Positions 17,051 to 27,562 are shown, counted from the stretch's first letter. The stretch is 64,000 bases of DNA from an uncultured Pseudomonadota bacterium (GCA_949296475.1 CASFOK010000011.1:2300-66299); one strand, 5' to 3'. The notes: generated from the letters alone by a model not told the origin. A program made the numbers and translations.

Positions 17051-19108
17051 TTATAAAACATTTTTCTGTAATTCTGTAATAGGCAGATTTAACCACTCTG
17101 GGTCATCGCGCATAGCTGGTGCACCTTCTTCCATTGCTGTTTCGCAGGGATGATCATCTGCCAACCAATTTTCCAACAAGTCACCTGCCAACAAACCGAC
17201 ACCGGCCCCCGCCACCAAACCGATACCACCAGTCAACGGCGCCAATAACAACCCCAAACCAGTAGCAGAAGCGACCTTACCTGCAACGGCAGCACCGCTA
17301 ATTTTTATGTCGGGTTCGGCTAAGTTTCCAGTAATCTCCATAGAATTTACAACGTTACCAGTCAACGATAATTTTAACCCACGAACAGGTACAGTTGTCA
17401 ACGCCATTTTCATTGTTTCTTTCCCTAGATTCAAATTACCCGCCAAACGCAAATTAATCGCATTAGTTTCAATGGCAAACCCCTGTTTAGTTTCTATTTC
17501 GCCGTCGCGTATTTTTGCGTTTAGTGCAAGACAAGATATTTTCATTTGATTATACTTTTTTTCTGTTCTGAATAAATCTTGAACGTTATGACGAAGCGTA
17601 GTTAAAAAATCTGTTCCATACATATTGGCCACCAACGCAGAATGCGCGTATCCTGATCCCACAGAGTATATCTGTACAGGTCCCGTCAAATTTTGCATCC
17701 ACTGCGATAAATTATCACCTTTTGTTTCCAGATACAAATCAACATTTACAGGCAAATCTGAAATTAAATTATCTACATTTACTTGTTGTAATATCTCGCC
17801 GATATAAATATTTCTACCTACGACACCGACTTTCGCTTGCATAGCGCCATCTGCATCTATATTTATATTACCTGCGACATCAACATCGCCGCCACCGATA
17901 ACAGATTTTGCATCAACCCTTGCCTGACCGTTTTGCAAATTTAACAACAGTTCAAGATTCTTTATATTAAAGTCTTTATAAACAATAAAGTCATTTAACT
18001 TTGTGCGCAAATTCAAATTAAACTTTAAAAATTCTTTTCCATACAAAGGAATATCTTTAAAAACGTTTAATTCGCGATTTGGTCTTACCCATTGCCCTTC
18101 GTACATTTCCGGGAACAAATCCATCAAACTGACATAATCAGAATTTACAACCAGTTTAATGTCGGGAATTGTTTTAGACCAATCAACACTGCCGGAAAAA
18201 TCAAAATTAGTTCCCCTGATTGTTACGGAAGATTTCCTGAAACTTAGTTTATTTCTATCAAAACCACCTGCCACATTTAGTTTCATTTTTGGCATTTGAA
18301 CAAAATTCAAATCAAATATTTTTCCTACATATTCAATATCTGGGATATCGCCCTTTATTATAAAATCAATTGGTGCTTTGCTGGTACCTTCCAAAGCGAC
18401 GTTCGCAATCAACGCATCACCACCCGTTGAAAACGCAATTTTAACAGGATAAACTTTCCTATCTGCATTATACTTAGAAAAAGAAACTATGAACGGTAAA
18501 GGGTCTTTGTTTGGTTTTATCCATCCGCTGTATTCCCTGGTATCATCTTTTAATGAATATCTGACTTGTACACCACCCAGATGATAGTTATGCCCCAAGG
18601 CATCTATTTCTATATTTTTAACCTCTACCCCGCCTAAACCAAAGTCTTCAAAAGGATAGTCTGTTGGGTCGGTACTTTCTGTCGCCATTTCAGAATTTTT
18701 GTTATTTGTTTTTAAAGAAAATTCACCTTTATCATTTTGCTCCAGACAAACAGTTGCGTCATAAACTTTCACGTTTTGAATTGTTGGTCTATCTCGTAAT
18801 AAAGAAATCAAATTTAACGTAACGTCTATTTTTTCAGCACTAAAAGCATTTTTATGCTTTGCCCAATCTGCATTAGGCACGCGCACCTGATGTAATTCAA
18901 TTTGCGGTCTTAAAGACAGTTTCCAAGATACTTCACCATCTATTTCAACGGGCAAACCCGTAGAGTCGCGTAAGATTCCCAAAACATCGCCACGCAAAGA
19001 TTCCAAATCAATTTGTGATAATGCTATAACAAACGCTACAACCAGCCCCATAACGAACAATACAATGACGCGCGAAACCGTAAAAAAAATTTTTTTCTTT
19101 TGTATCAT
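17051..19108 (-). CDS. AsmA-family outer-membrane biogenesis protein
   Basis: N-terminal anchor helix, then a long beta-rich periplasmic region of AsmA-like length with a Gly-rich C-terminal hydrophobic segment. Call is by architecture only. Confidence 0.5.
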   Translation of the reverse strand: MIQKKKIFFTVSRVIVLFVMGLVVAFVIALSQIDLESLRGDVLGILRDSTGLPVEIDGEVSWKLSLRPQIELHQVRVPNADWAKHKNAFSAEKIDVTLNLISLLRDRPTIQNVKVYDATVCLEQNDKGEFSLKTNNKNSEMATESTDPTDYPFEDFGLGGVEVKNIEIDALGHNYHLGGVQVRYSLKDDTREYSGWIKPNKDPLPFIVSFSKYNADRKVYPVKIAFSTGGDALIANVALEGTSKAPIDFIIKGDIPDIEYVGKIFDLNFVQMPKMKLNVAGGFDRNKLSFRKSSVTIRGTNFDFSGSVDWSKTIPDIKLVVNSDYVSLMDLFPEMYEGQWVRPNRELNVFKDIPLYGKEFLKFNLNLRTKLNDFIVYKDFNIKNLELLLNLQNGQARVDAKSVIGGGDVDVAGNINIDADGAMQAKVGVVGRNIYIGEILQQVNVDNLISDLPVNVDLYLETKGDNLSQWMQNLTGPVQIYSVGSGYAHSALVANMYGTDFLTTLRHNVQDLFRTEKKYNQMKISCLALNAKIRDGEIETKQGFAIETNAINLRLAGNLNLGKETMKMALTTVPVRGLKLSLTGNVVNSMEITGNLAEPDIKISGAAVAGKVASATGLGLLLAPLTGGIGLVAGAGVGLLAGDLLENWLADDHPCETAMEEGAPAMRDDPEWLNLPITELQKNVL

Positions 19109-19121
19109 TTTATATTTTCCA

Positions 19122-20093
19122 TCAAGGTATCTTAAATTCTAAAAATTCTATTACAGGTGCCATAAAATCGGGTATGGCCGCCTTAAAAGTCATCTTTTTT
19201 CCGCTGGACGGATGCTGAAATGTTATCTTATACGCAAATAAAAACAAGTTATTTGTATCAAACATTGAATGCAATGTTGCGTCTAACTTTTTATCGTATC
19301 CGTATAAATTATCGCCGACAATTGGCGCGTGCAAAACCAGCGCACTATGAACACGTAACTGGTGTGTCCTGCCTGTTTTTGGCAAGAAACGTACCCAAGA
19401 TAAATGTCCGCCTGCCTGACTCAATACCTCGTATTCTGTAACAGCCCTTTGCGGTCTTTGCCCTGTTCCATCGTTTAAACGTGACGGCGAATCAAACACC
19501 TTTCCTTTTATCATATAATTATCTATAACGCCTTTAACTGGCTTTACATCGCCGTTCAACAAGGCCAGATATTCTTTATAAGCACTTTTATTTTGAAACG
19601 CATTTGATAAAAATTGCGCTGATTTTTGATTTTTAGCAACAACCAACACACCACTTGTTTCCCTGTCCAAACGGTGCACCAAAGATATTTTATTATACGG
19701 AAACAAAGCCATTGCCATTTTATCAACAGACTTTCTTATTCCTGTTCCACCTTGAACGGCTAATCCAGCAGGTTTATTAAAAACGACGATATCGTCATCA
19801 TCATGTATAATGCATTTACGTAAAGTTTCTAAATCAGACAAAGAAAAATTGTCGCCGGATTCCGTTTTTTTGTTTTTAACTTGTTTATATCCAGCCACAG
19901 TTGGCGGAATTCTTATGATATCGCCCGACCTCAAGATCTCTTGACCACGTGCACGCGAAGAATTAACCCTGATTTGTCCGCCACGACATAACTTATAAAA
20001 TTCGCGTTGTGGCATTGCTGGAAAATGTCTTAGGAACCAACGCAACAAACGCGTCCCATCTTCTATTTTTGAAACTTCTACTAATTCAGCCAT
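19122..20093 (-). CDS. RluA-family 23S rRNA pseudouridine synthase (RluC/RluD-like, with S4 domain)
   Basis: S4-like N-terminus. Catalytic HRLDRETSGVLVVAKN motif. C-terminal THQLRVH. Confidence 0.85.
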   Translation of the reverse strand: MAELVEVSKIEDGTRLLRWFLRHFPAMPQREFYKLCRGGQIRVNSSRARGQEILRSGDIIRIPPTVAGYKQVKNKKTESGDNFSLSDLETLRKCIIHDDDDIVVFNKPAGLAVQGGTGIRKSVDKMAMALFPYNKISLVHRLDRETSGVLVVAKNQKSAQFLSNAFQNKSAYKEYLALLNGDVKPVKGVIDNYMIKGKVFDSPSRLNDGTGQRPQRAVTEYEVLSQAGGHLSWVRFLPKTGRTHQLRVHSALVLHAPIVGDNLYGYDKKLDATLHSMFDTNNLFLFAYKITFQHPSSGKKMTFKAAIPDFMAPVIEFLEFKIP

Positions 20094-20114
20094 TCAAAAA
20101 CATTCCTAAAAACA

Positions 20115-20579
20115 TCATTCGCCGTATGTTATCTGAACGATATTTTGACCGTTTGGATAATTGCAAGCACCAACCGCGCCACTTTCTGTGCGCCCTGATT
20201 GTTCGTACCCGACAGAGCCGTCCCAAGCCTTTGTTACGAAATATTCACAATCAGATTGCGATAAACCAGTTATAGAAATAATAAACTGTCTGGTATTAGA
20301 GGGGTTGACGGATATTTCATATAAACCACCATAAGGGTTCTTGTTTGATATACCAATTGCCCCAAATATTGTAGAATTATTTATATTTGAATAATCGTCA
20401 TATTCACCAAATAATTGTCGTACTTGTGTAACCATCTGCAAAACGTCGTCATTGACCGAGTTCTTTTTTTGCAAACTCATTGCGCTGGAAATTGCCGCAA
20501 TGGCGCCGACAGTTATAACCCCCATAATTGCAAGTACACCCATCATTTCTATCATTGAACGTCCTGATTCTTGTCTCAT
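20115..20579 (-). CDS. Type IV pilin-like (prepilin-type N-terminal cleavage domain) protein
   Basis: MRQESG|RSMIEMMGVLAIMGVITVGAIAAI has a short basic leader ending in Gly, Glu at +5, and a ~20-aa hydrophobic helix. Start set at ATG 20579 behind GGGGGA. Two C-terminal Cys residues. Confidence 0.65.
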   Translation of the reverse strand: MRQESGRSMIEMMGVLAIMGVITVGAIAAISSAMSLQKKNSVNDDVLQMVTQVRQLFGEYDDYSNINNSTIFGAIGISNKNPYGGLYEISVNPSNTRQFIISITGLSQSDCEYFVTKAWDGSVGYEQSGRTESGAVGACNYPNGQNIVQITYGE

Positions 20580-20630
20580 TATAATATCCCCCATTTGCTA
20601 TTTATTTTTTATTATTCTATCATATTTAGC

Positions 20631-22043
20631 ATGAATATTCAATTTTCTGATTTAATTGAAAATAGTCCCAACGCCCCCGGTGTCTATAAAATGTACGACG
20701 CCGACGGCAACTTGTTATATGTGGGTAAAGCAAAAAATCTGTCCAATCGCTTGAAACAGTACACAGATATATCAAAACTAGAACCACACAAACAAGTCAT
20801 GCGGTCTTTGGTTGCACGCATAGAATGGGACATAACACAAAACGAATCGGACGCGCTGATACTGGAACAGAATCTAATAAAGACCTTGAAACCAAAGTAT
20901 AATATTATGCTGACAGACGGGAAAATGTACCCGATGATAGCGTTAACCAATCACCAGTATCCGCGCCTATTAAAATTTCGTGGTAAAATATCCCAACGAC
21001 GCGATGTTTACGGTCCATATCCTTCCGTTTACGCACTTAACGAAACGATAAAAACGATACAAAAGGTATGTCAACTGCGAACATGTACAGATACATTTAT
21101 GAACAACCGCAGTCGCCCTTGTTTATTGTATCAAATCGGTCGTTGCAGTGCGCCATGCACATTACCCCAGCCACATTACACAGAAAACGTTCAATTAGCG
21201 CGTAAAATTTTAACCGGTGACAGTGAACCGATAATTTCTGATTTAACCCAACAAATGAAAAAATATTCCGAGCAGATGGACTTTGAATCCGCTGCAAAAT
21301 GCAGGGATAAAATTGCAGAATTAACCCACACATCAAATCGCGGTATACGAAGAAATCCTGTACATAGGGCGAATTTTAACTGGTCAGAAAGCGTCAAATT
21401 ATTAGAACGCTGGTTGGGTCTTGAATTGAATACAGTTGGCGTTTTTGATAACTCGCATTTGTTTGGGAAAAATCCTGTTGGCGCAATGATATGCTTTGGT
21501 CATGACGGTTTTATAAAATCTGGATACAGACACTTTAAATTGCAAGACTTTTCACGCGCGGGAAACGACATCGCTATGATGGAAGAATTTATATCTCGGG
21601 CAGTACAAAGGGGACCGCACTTAGACTTAATTATCGTTGACGGTGGACCTGCCCAATGGAACATTGCGCACAAAACCGCGCCGGACATACCTGTACTGGG
21701 TGTTACAAAAGGCGAAGTCCGAAACGGGGATGAACATTTTATCATGCCTAATGGTGATGTATGTCGCAATATTCCCAAAGATTCAAATTTATTCTTGTTA
21801 TTAAGGGCGGTTCGTGACGAGGCGCACAGATTTGTAATAACTTTTCATCGTACAACACGCGCAAAAACTATGACATCATCTGTTCTTGACGAAATAGAAG
21901 GCATAGGACCAGGACGAAAAAAGGCCCTATTAAATCATTTCGGTTCTGTACGTGCCGTTTCAGATGCAGATATGGCAGCATTATTAAAAGTACCAGGGCT
22001 GGGCAAATCTGCTGCCGAAAAAATTTATGCATATTTCCACTAA
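20631..22043 (+). CDS. uvrC: Excinuclease ABC subunit C (compact, 470 aa)
   Basis: GIY-YIG N-terminus (GVYKMYD...LLYVGKAKNL..R), UVR motif (...QMDFESAAKCRDKIAEL), endonuclease V-like domain, and C-terminal (HhH)2 LDEIEGIGPGRKKALL...VPGLG. Start trimmed to ATG 20631. Confidence 0.88.
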   Translation: MNIQFSDLIENSPNAPGVYKMYDADGNLLYVGKAKNLSNRLKQYTDISKLEPHKQVMRSLVARIEWDITQNESDALILEQNLIKTLKPKYNIMLTDGKMYPMIALTNHQYPRLLKFRGKISQRRDVYGPYPSVYALNETIKTIQKVCQLRTCTDTFMNNRSRPCLLYQIGRCSAPCTLPQPHYTENVQLARKILTGDSEPIISDLTQQMKKYSEQMDFESAAKCRDKIAELTHTSNRGIRRNPVHRANFNWSESVKLLERWLGLELNTVGVFDNSHLFGKNPVGAMICFGHDGFIKSGYRHFKLQDFSRAGNDIAMMEEFISRAVQRGPHLDLIIVDGGPAQWNIAHKTAPDIPVLGVTKGEVRNGDEHFIMPNGDVCRNIPKDSNLFLLLRAVRDEAHRFVITFHRTTRAKTMTSSVLDEIEGIGPGRKKALLNHFGSVRAVSDADMAALLKVPGLGKSAAEKIYAYFH

Positions 22044-22089
22044 TAAGTGATATAATTAAATTACACATAAATTATCAAAGGAGAAAAAT

Positions 22090-22692
22090 ATGAAATTTTT
22101 TGTTAACTTTTTATCCGCATTCCGCATTGCATCGGCATTTGCGATAATCCCGTTATTAATGTTCGGAATGTATTGGACTACTTTTGTAGTATACGTCTTG
22201 GCCGCGTTATCAGACTGGTTTGATGGATACTTGGCACGTAAATATAATGTTTGTTCAAAACTAGGCGGCGTAATGGACCATATCGGTGATAAATTATTGG
22301 TTGTAAATACGCTTATTATGTTAACTGTCATGATTCCTGTTTGGTTCGTAGTTATACCTATTATATTAATGGTTGCACGCGAATTATACATCAGCGGATT
22401 GCGCGAATTTCTTGGCACGCAAAAAATTGAAATGCCCGTACCAAAAGCTCGCTTTTCAATGGGTAAAATAAAAACAACATTACAAATGATATCTATTGGT
22501 GCGTTTTTATTGTTCTTTGCTATTGGTACAATGGTAATGACGACAACAGACAGCAGACTTATTATGTTCTTGATTTACGTGTTACCTCAAATCGGTATTT
22601 GGGGCATGTGGTTGTCATTAGTTGCATCTATTTGGTCTGCAACACAATACACACTAACATTTGCTGACAAATTAAAGAAAATAAAGAAATAA
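22090..22692 (+). CDS. pgsA: CDP-diacylglycerol--glycerol-3-phosphate 3-phosphatidyltransferase
   Basis: CDP-alcohol phosphatidyltransferase motif DWFDGYLAR...G...D...DK. Multi-TM. Confidence 0.8.
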   Translation: MKFFVNFLSAFRIASAFAIIPLLMFGMYWTTFVVYVLAALSDWFDGYLARKYNVCSKLGGVMDHIGDKLLVVNTLIMLTVMIPVWFVVIPIILMVARELYISGLREFLGTQKIEMPVPKARFSMGKIKTTLQMISIGAFLLFFAIGTMVMTTTDSRLIMFLIYVLPQIGIWGMWLSLVASIWSATQYTLTFADKLKKIKK

Positions 22693-22722
22693 AAAAACCG
22701 GTTTTTACCGGTTTTTTTTTAA
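22691..22722. terminator. Bidirectional terminator between pgsA and dnaJ
   Basis: aaaaaAACCGGTttttACCGGTTttttttt. Confidence 0.65.
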
Positions 22723-23849
22723 AACCACCCGCGTTTTTCAGGTTTTGTGCCAGCAAATTCATTTAATAATTTCTTTTGCTTTTCTGTTAATTTTGTTGGC
22801 ACTGTCATATTAATTTCTATATACAAATCCCCAAAACTACCTGCGCGCCGCCCCGGCATACCATGACCACGAACGCGTAATTTTTCACCAATTTGAGTAC
22901 CTGCCGGAACTTTTACAGATAACTTTTTATCATCAATTGTTTCAACTTCTATTTCACCACCCAGCGCAAGAGTAGTAAACGGTACGTCAATTTTTGTAAT
23001 TAAATCTGTCCCATCACGTTCAAACCGTTTATCTGGTCTGATACGCACATCAAGATAGAAATCACCTGCCGGGGCGCCGTTCTGTCCGGCTTCGCCCTGC
23101 CCCGCCAAGCGCAACCGCGTACCATCTTCAACGCCTGCAGGTATATTTACCTCTAAGGTACGACTTTTACGAACCGTACCGGCACCGTCACAAACAGAAC
23201 ATTTCTTGTCTATTTTATAGCCCAAGCCATTACATTCTGGGCACGGCGTTTGCATAGCAAAGAAACCGCGATTTGTATGTACGTAACCGGTTCCCCCACA
23301 ACGCGAACACTTAGGCGCCTGCTTACCATCGGCGGTACCAAAGCCATGACATTTTTCACATTGAACGTCGCTAGAAAACTTTACGGTATGCGCCTTGCCG
23401 AAATAAGCATCTTTTAAATCAATTACAACCTCATCTAATAAATCGCGTCCTGCCCGCCTGCCATCACCGGCTGCGGCGCCGCCAAAACCGTCAAAACCGA
23501 AACCACGCATAGCCTCGCGCAGGATATCTTCCATACCTGCCCCGCCACCCATATTAAAGTGGAAACCGCCGTTTCCAAATGGATTACCACCTGCGCCAAA
23601 AGGATTCGCCCCAGACGCATTTCCGCCTGCGAACGCCGCATCGCCAAACCTATCATAAGCAGCACGCTTTTGCGGGTCTTTTAATATGTCAAACGCGTTA
23701 TTAACTTCTTTAAATTTTTCTTCTGCCGACTTGTCACCGGGATTTTTGTCCGGATGATATTTCAGAACTAATTTATGATAAGCCTTTTTAATATCAGCAT
23801 CAGACGCATCACGTGCGACCCCCAATACTTCATATGGATTTTTATTCAT
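22719..23849 (-). CDS. dnaJ: Molecular chaperone DnaJ
   Basis: J domain with HPDKN, a G/F-rich region, and four CxxCxGxG zinc-finger repeats. Confidence 0.95.
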   Translation of the reverse strand: MNKNPYEVLGVARDASDADIKKAYHKLVLKYHPDKNPGDKSAEEKFKEVNNAFDILKDPQKRAAYDRFGDAAFAGGNASGANPFGAGGNPFGNGGFHFNMGGGAGMEDILREAMRGFGFDGFGGAAAGDGRRAGRDLLDEVVIDLKDAYFGKAHTVKFSSDVQCEKCHGFGTADGKQAPKCSRCGGTGYVHTNRGFFAMQTPCPECNGLGYKIDKKCSVCDGAGTVRKSRTLEVNIPAGVEDGTRLRLAGQGEAGQNGAPAGDFYLDVRIRPDKRFERDGTDLITKIDVPFTTLALGGEIEVETIDDKKLSVKVPAGTQIGEKLRVRGHGMPGRRAGSFGDLYIEINMTVPTKLTEKQKKLLNEFAGTKPEKRGWF

Positions 23850-23968
23850 TTTTAAATGCCTACGTAGTTAATTCTCAGAATATATAGGATCTTTATAAAA
23901 AAAATCAAGTCCATTAAAAAATTCTTTCACTTGCAAGGAATCAAATAATGTTCTAATAATAATATGCT

Positions 23969-25948
23969 ATGACAGAACAAAACACACATTCTTATGACGC
24001 GTCAGATATTCAGGTGCTGGAAGGTTTAGAACCCGTACGTCTACGTCCTGGCATGTACATTGGCGGGACGGACGAAAAGGCTTGGCATCACCTGCCGGTT
24101 GAAATTATGGACAACTCTATTGACGAGGCGGTCGCCGGTTTCGCAAAAAAAATCATCGTTAATTTAATTGATGCGAAAACGATTGAAATTACAGACGACG
24201 GTCGCGGCATTCCCGTGGACGAACATCCTAAATACCCCGGCAAGTCCGCACTAGAGGTTATTTTAACGACCTTGCATTCTGGGGGTAAATTTAATAACAA
24301 CGTCTATAAGACCAGCGGCGGTTTACACGGCGTTGGCAGTGCTGTTGTAAACGCCCTTACATCTGAAATGCTAGTTACGATATCGCGCGACGGGTATGAA
24401 TGGTGCCAAAGTTTTTCACGTGGCAAGCCAACCAGTAAAATGACGCGAGGCGAACCGACAAAGAACCACGGCACAAAGATAAGATTCACACTAGACGACG
24501 AGATTTTTGGTGCTTCTGCTGTTTTCAAACCGATAAAAATATATCGTATGGCACGTGCCAAATCGTTTTTATCCAAGGGCGTAAAGGTTGAATGGCACTG
24601 TAATCCAACTTTATTAACAGAGGATATGAATATTCCGGCAGACACTACGTTCTATTATCCAAACGGTGTTGCGGATTTCTTGGAAGAAAAAACAAAAGAC
24701 AAGCCAAGAATTTTACCCAAAATATTCAGTGGCAGCGTTGATTTTCCTGATGACGCTGGTCGTGTTGAGTGGGCATTAACATTTTTAACTGATGAAAACG
24801 GTGCTGCATCTGATGACGGATTCTTTTCGTCTTACTGCAATACGATTGCAACAATAGACGGCGGCACGCATGAAACAGGCTTCAAATCTGCAATTACCAA
24901 GGGTATAAAGGCATATGGCGAGAAAGTAAATAACAAGGCCGCGGCTTCTATTATTGGTGATGACGTATTTGACTCTGTTGCTGCGATAGTGTCTGTGTTT
25001 TACAAGACGCCACAATTTTTGGGCCAAACAAAAGAAAAATTATCTAATCCTGAAATCGCCAGGTATACAGAAAACGCGCTGCGCGATCCATGGGACATAT
25101 TCTTAGCATCCGACCCAAAGACGGCAAATAATCTGTTAGATTTCGTAATAAATTTGGCTAACGCCCGAATCAAGACGAAACAAGTCAAAGATATTGCCCG
25201 TAAAACGCCTACGAAACGCATCAGAATGCCCGCGAAACTGGCAGATTGTTCTAAACACGGGGTAGAAGGCACGGAATTGTTTATAGTAGAAGGCGAATCG
25301 GCTGGTGGCACTGCAAAGCAGGCACGCGACCGTGCAACGCAGGCGATTATGCCGCTGCGCGGGAAAGTTTTGAACGTTATATCAAATTCAGATGAAAGAT
25401 TCGGTGCAAACAAGGAATTAAACGAATTAATTGATATTATTGGTGCCGGTACAGCAAAAGATTGGGACGACAGCAAATTACGATATGAAAAAATCATCGT
25501 AATGACTGATGCCGACGTTGACGGCAGCCATATTGCGTCTTTATTAATGGCGTTTTTCTATCAACACATGCCCCAACTGATTTATGGTGGTCATTTGTAT
25601 TTGTCTTGTCCGCCGCTTTATAAACTAACATGCGGTACCGAATCGATATATGTAGACACAGACGAAGAACTGGAAGATTTGAAAAATAATAAGTACAAGA
25701 ATAAAAAGATAGAAATATCACGATTCAAAGGGCTTGGTGAAATGATGCCTAATCAGTTAAAGGAAACAACCATGTCACCAAAGACGCGGCGACTAATTCG
25801 TGTTGACCTGCCCCCGCGTACGGACGAAGGTGCCGAAGACACGGAAAAAACCCGCACAATCGTATCCGAACTGATGGGCAAGAAACCGGAATTTCGGTTT
25901 AAGTTCATAACAGAACATGCACAATTTGTAAAAGATTTATTTGTATAA
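23969..25948 (+). CDS. parE: DNA topoisomerase IV subunit B
   Basis: GHKL ATPase and Toprim motifs (LEGLEPVRLRPGMYIGG, EGESAGG, PLRGKVLNV, DADVDGSHI). The 659-aa length fits ParE rather than the ~800-aa GyrB. Confidence 0.8.
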   Translation: MTEQNTHSYDASDIQVLEGLEPVRLRPGMYIGGTDEKAWHHLPVEIMDNSIDEAVAGFAKKIIVNLIDAKTIEITDDGRGIPVDEHPKYPGKSALEVILTTLHSGGKFNNNVYKTSGGLHGVGSAVVNALTSEMLVTISRDGYEWCQSFSRGKPTSKMTRGEPTKNHGTKIRFTLDDEIFGASAVFKPIKIYRMARAKSFLSKGVKVEWHCNPTLLTEDMNIPADTTFYYPNGVADFLEEKTKDKPRILPKIFSGSVDFPDDAGRVEWALTFLTDENGAASDDGFFSSYCNTIATIDGGTHETGFKSAITKGIKAYGEKVNNKAAASIIGDDVFDSVAAIVSVFYKTPQFLGQTKEKLSNPEIARYTENALRDPWDIFLASDPKTANNLLDFVINLANARIKTKQVKDIARKTPTKRIRMPAKLADCSKHGVEGTELFIVEGESAGGTAKQARDRATQAIMPLRGKVLNVISNSDERFGANKELNELIDIIGAGTAKDWDDSKLRYEKIIVMTDADVDGSHIASLLMAFFYQHMPQLIYGGHLYLSCPPLYKLTCGTESIYVDTDEELEDLKNNKYKNKKIEISRFKGLGEMMPNQLKETTMSPKTRRLIRVDLPPRTDEGAEDTEKTRTIVSELMGKKPEFRFKFITEHAQFVKDLFV

Positions 25949-25963
25949 AAGAGAAGATGTATC

Positions 25964-26383
25964 ATGAATAACAAGACTTATAAAAAAAAGAACACATACA
26001 TTATAAACCCGTATAACATCAATAATTACGATTCCATGCACAACATAACCATACCAGTGGTAAAAATAAACGGCAAGCCTGTAACAGATACCACCAAGCA
26101 GTTTCCAAAAACAGGTATCATGAAATTACTGAACAGGCACGAACATTTAAAGACTGTTATGAGTGAAGAATTATCTTGTACGATTGTAGAATATTTGGAC
26201 AAAAATACAGCGGAACCAATTTTATTATTATTTCCGACGAACGACATAATGGGCATATTTGAATCTGAAGAGATATTATCAAAACTGAATCACGCATCAA
26301 GACAAGATTTAAAATACCAAGTGTCCCGTCGCGAAAAATATTTAAATTTGCTACGGCACAAAACGCACGAACAGCAAAAATAA
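25964..26383 (+). CDS. Hypothetical protein (139 aa)
   Basis: ORF only. Followed by the hairpin GCCGGatgaaCCGGC plus a T-run at ~26383-26412. No recognisable motif. The start is uncertain (an internal Met at MHNITIPVV is possible). Confidence 0.35.
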   Translation: MNNKTYKKKNTYIINPYNINNYDSMHNITIPVVKINGKPVTDTTKQFPKTGIMKLLNRHEHLKTVMSEELSCTIVEYLDKNTAEPILLLFPTNDIMGIFESEEILSKLNHASRQDLKYQVSRREKYLNLLRHKTHEQQK

Positions 26384-26419
26384 AAACGCCGGATGAACCG
26401 GCATTTTTATTTTCCCATC

Positions 26420-27562
26420 TTATCGGATACCGACGCGGAACTGATCGCCCCAATCGGCAACGACCTGGCCGCCAACGGTGCATTTAATATCTTCAAAACC
26501 ACTTTCTACCTGATTCTTTTTAACGACGTTACTTGTAATCAAACCGCCTGCGGTACCCAGCACGACCCCAGCGACCGAATCGGAAACCAAACGTGCAGTA
26601 TTAAAATTACCGTCCTCGTCTTTCCACACACTAAGTTCAAATCTACCAGAAATATCATCTAATATTTTAATAGTACTTGTAATTTTTGTACGCGACTGTT
26701 GTTGCTCCTTTTCATTTGCTGCCTGTTTTGCTGCTTCTTGTTCTTTCTGTTTTTGAAGCGCATTCTCTTCTTCTAGTTTGTCTATCATTTCACTTAATGT
26801 TTGATACATTGTGTTAAAATCATCTGGCTGTTTATTCTTGCCTTCACAATAGTCTTCCAATTGTTTAATTGCGGCCAAAATCTTTTGGTTAGTAGCATAT
26901 GTAATCTTCCACCTTACCAGCTGTTGCAACTTCTCTTGATCGCATTCATATTCTTCTACTATTGCTTGTTGTTGTGACGGTGCTGGCTTGTTACTTGATG
27001 TATTATTTTTTTGTGCTGTTTGATTGCTATTTTTTGTATTACTTACTTTTGTTGTTGACTGTGGTGACGTATTTGTTGTGTTTGCATTTGATGTTTTTTT
27101 CGTATTTACTTTACAAATACCTGTTGCAGTAGCACCAACACAATAATTATCAAAAACAGCTTCACAATAATAATCATAATCGCCTGATGTAATAAATTTT
27201 TGTTTACCGTTAGTATCTTTACAATTTGATATATAATCCAAATTAGATTTTGACCATGCATTGCTACCAGATGTTGAGCAGGTATACACTCCAATAGCTT
27301 CATGTCTTTCGTTTCTCCAATAGTGTTCACTGTTTATCATGACCTTAGCACCAGAATCGCATCCTTTTGTACCTCTATGTCCACAAACCAATGCACGCCC
27401 ATTTGCATCTTTAAAATCCCCAAATGTAGGGAATAGAAATTCATTAGATACTTTAAATGAAAACGGCGAAATTTCTTGAACTCGACACTCATAAGTTGCT
27501 GCGAACGAAGAAAAATTCAACCCACAAACAATAAAAGTGTTAAATAATAAAAACTTTTTCAT
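26420..27562 (-). CDS. Secreted hypothetical protein (Cys-rich N-domain, T/S/N/Q-rich linker, coiled coil, Gly-zipper segment)
   Basis: Signal peptide MKKFLLFNTFIVCGLNFSSFA|A. About 13 Cys in the first ~150 aa after it. Low-complexity TSNANTTNTSPQSTTKVSNTKNSNQ. Coiled coil EEENALQKQKEQEAAKQAANEKEQQQ. Gly-zipper VAGVVLGTAGGLI. Confidence 0.6.
   Translation of the reverse strand: MKKFLLFNTFIVCGLNFSSFAATYECRVQEISPFSFKVSNEFLFPTFGDFKDANGRALVCGHRGTKGCDSGAKVMINSEHYWRNERHEAIGVYTCSTSGSNAWSKSNLDYISNCKDTNGKQKFITSGDYDYYCEAVFDNYCVGATATGICKVNTKKTSNANTTNTSPQSTTKVSNTKNSNQTAQKNNTSSNKPAPSQQQAIVEEYECDQEKLQQLVRWKITYATNQKILAAIKQLEDYCEGKNKQPDDFNTMYQTLSEMIDKLEEENALQKQKEQEAAKQAANEKEQQQSRTKITSTIKILDDISGRFELSVWKDEDGNFNTARLVSDSVAGVVLGTAGGLITSNVVKKNQVESGFEDIKCTVGGQVVADWGDQFRVGIR

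Noticed and set aside
22056-22418. 120-aa minus-strand ORF
   Set aside because: It is antisense to pgsA, which has the diagnostic CDP-alcohol phosphatidyltransferase motif.
24088-25974. Minus-strand ORFs inside parE (24088-24300, 24304-24645, 24785-25027, 25000-25497, 25494-25721, 25753-25974)
   Set aside because: They are antisense shadows of a long, motif-rich topoisomerase gene.
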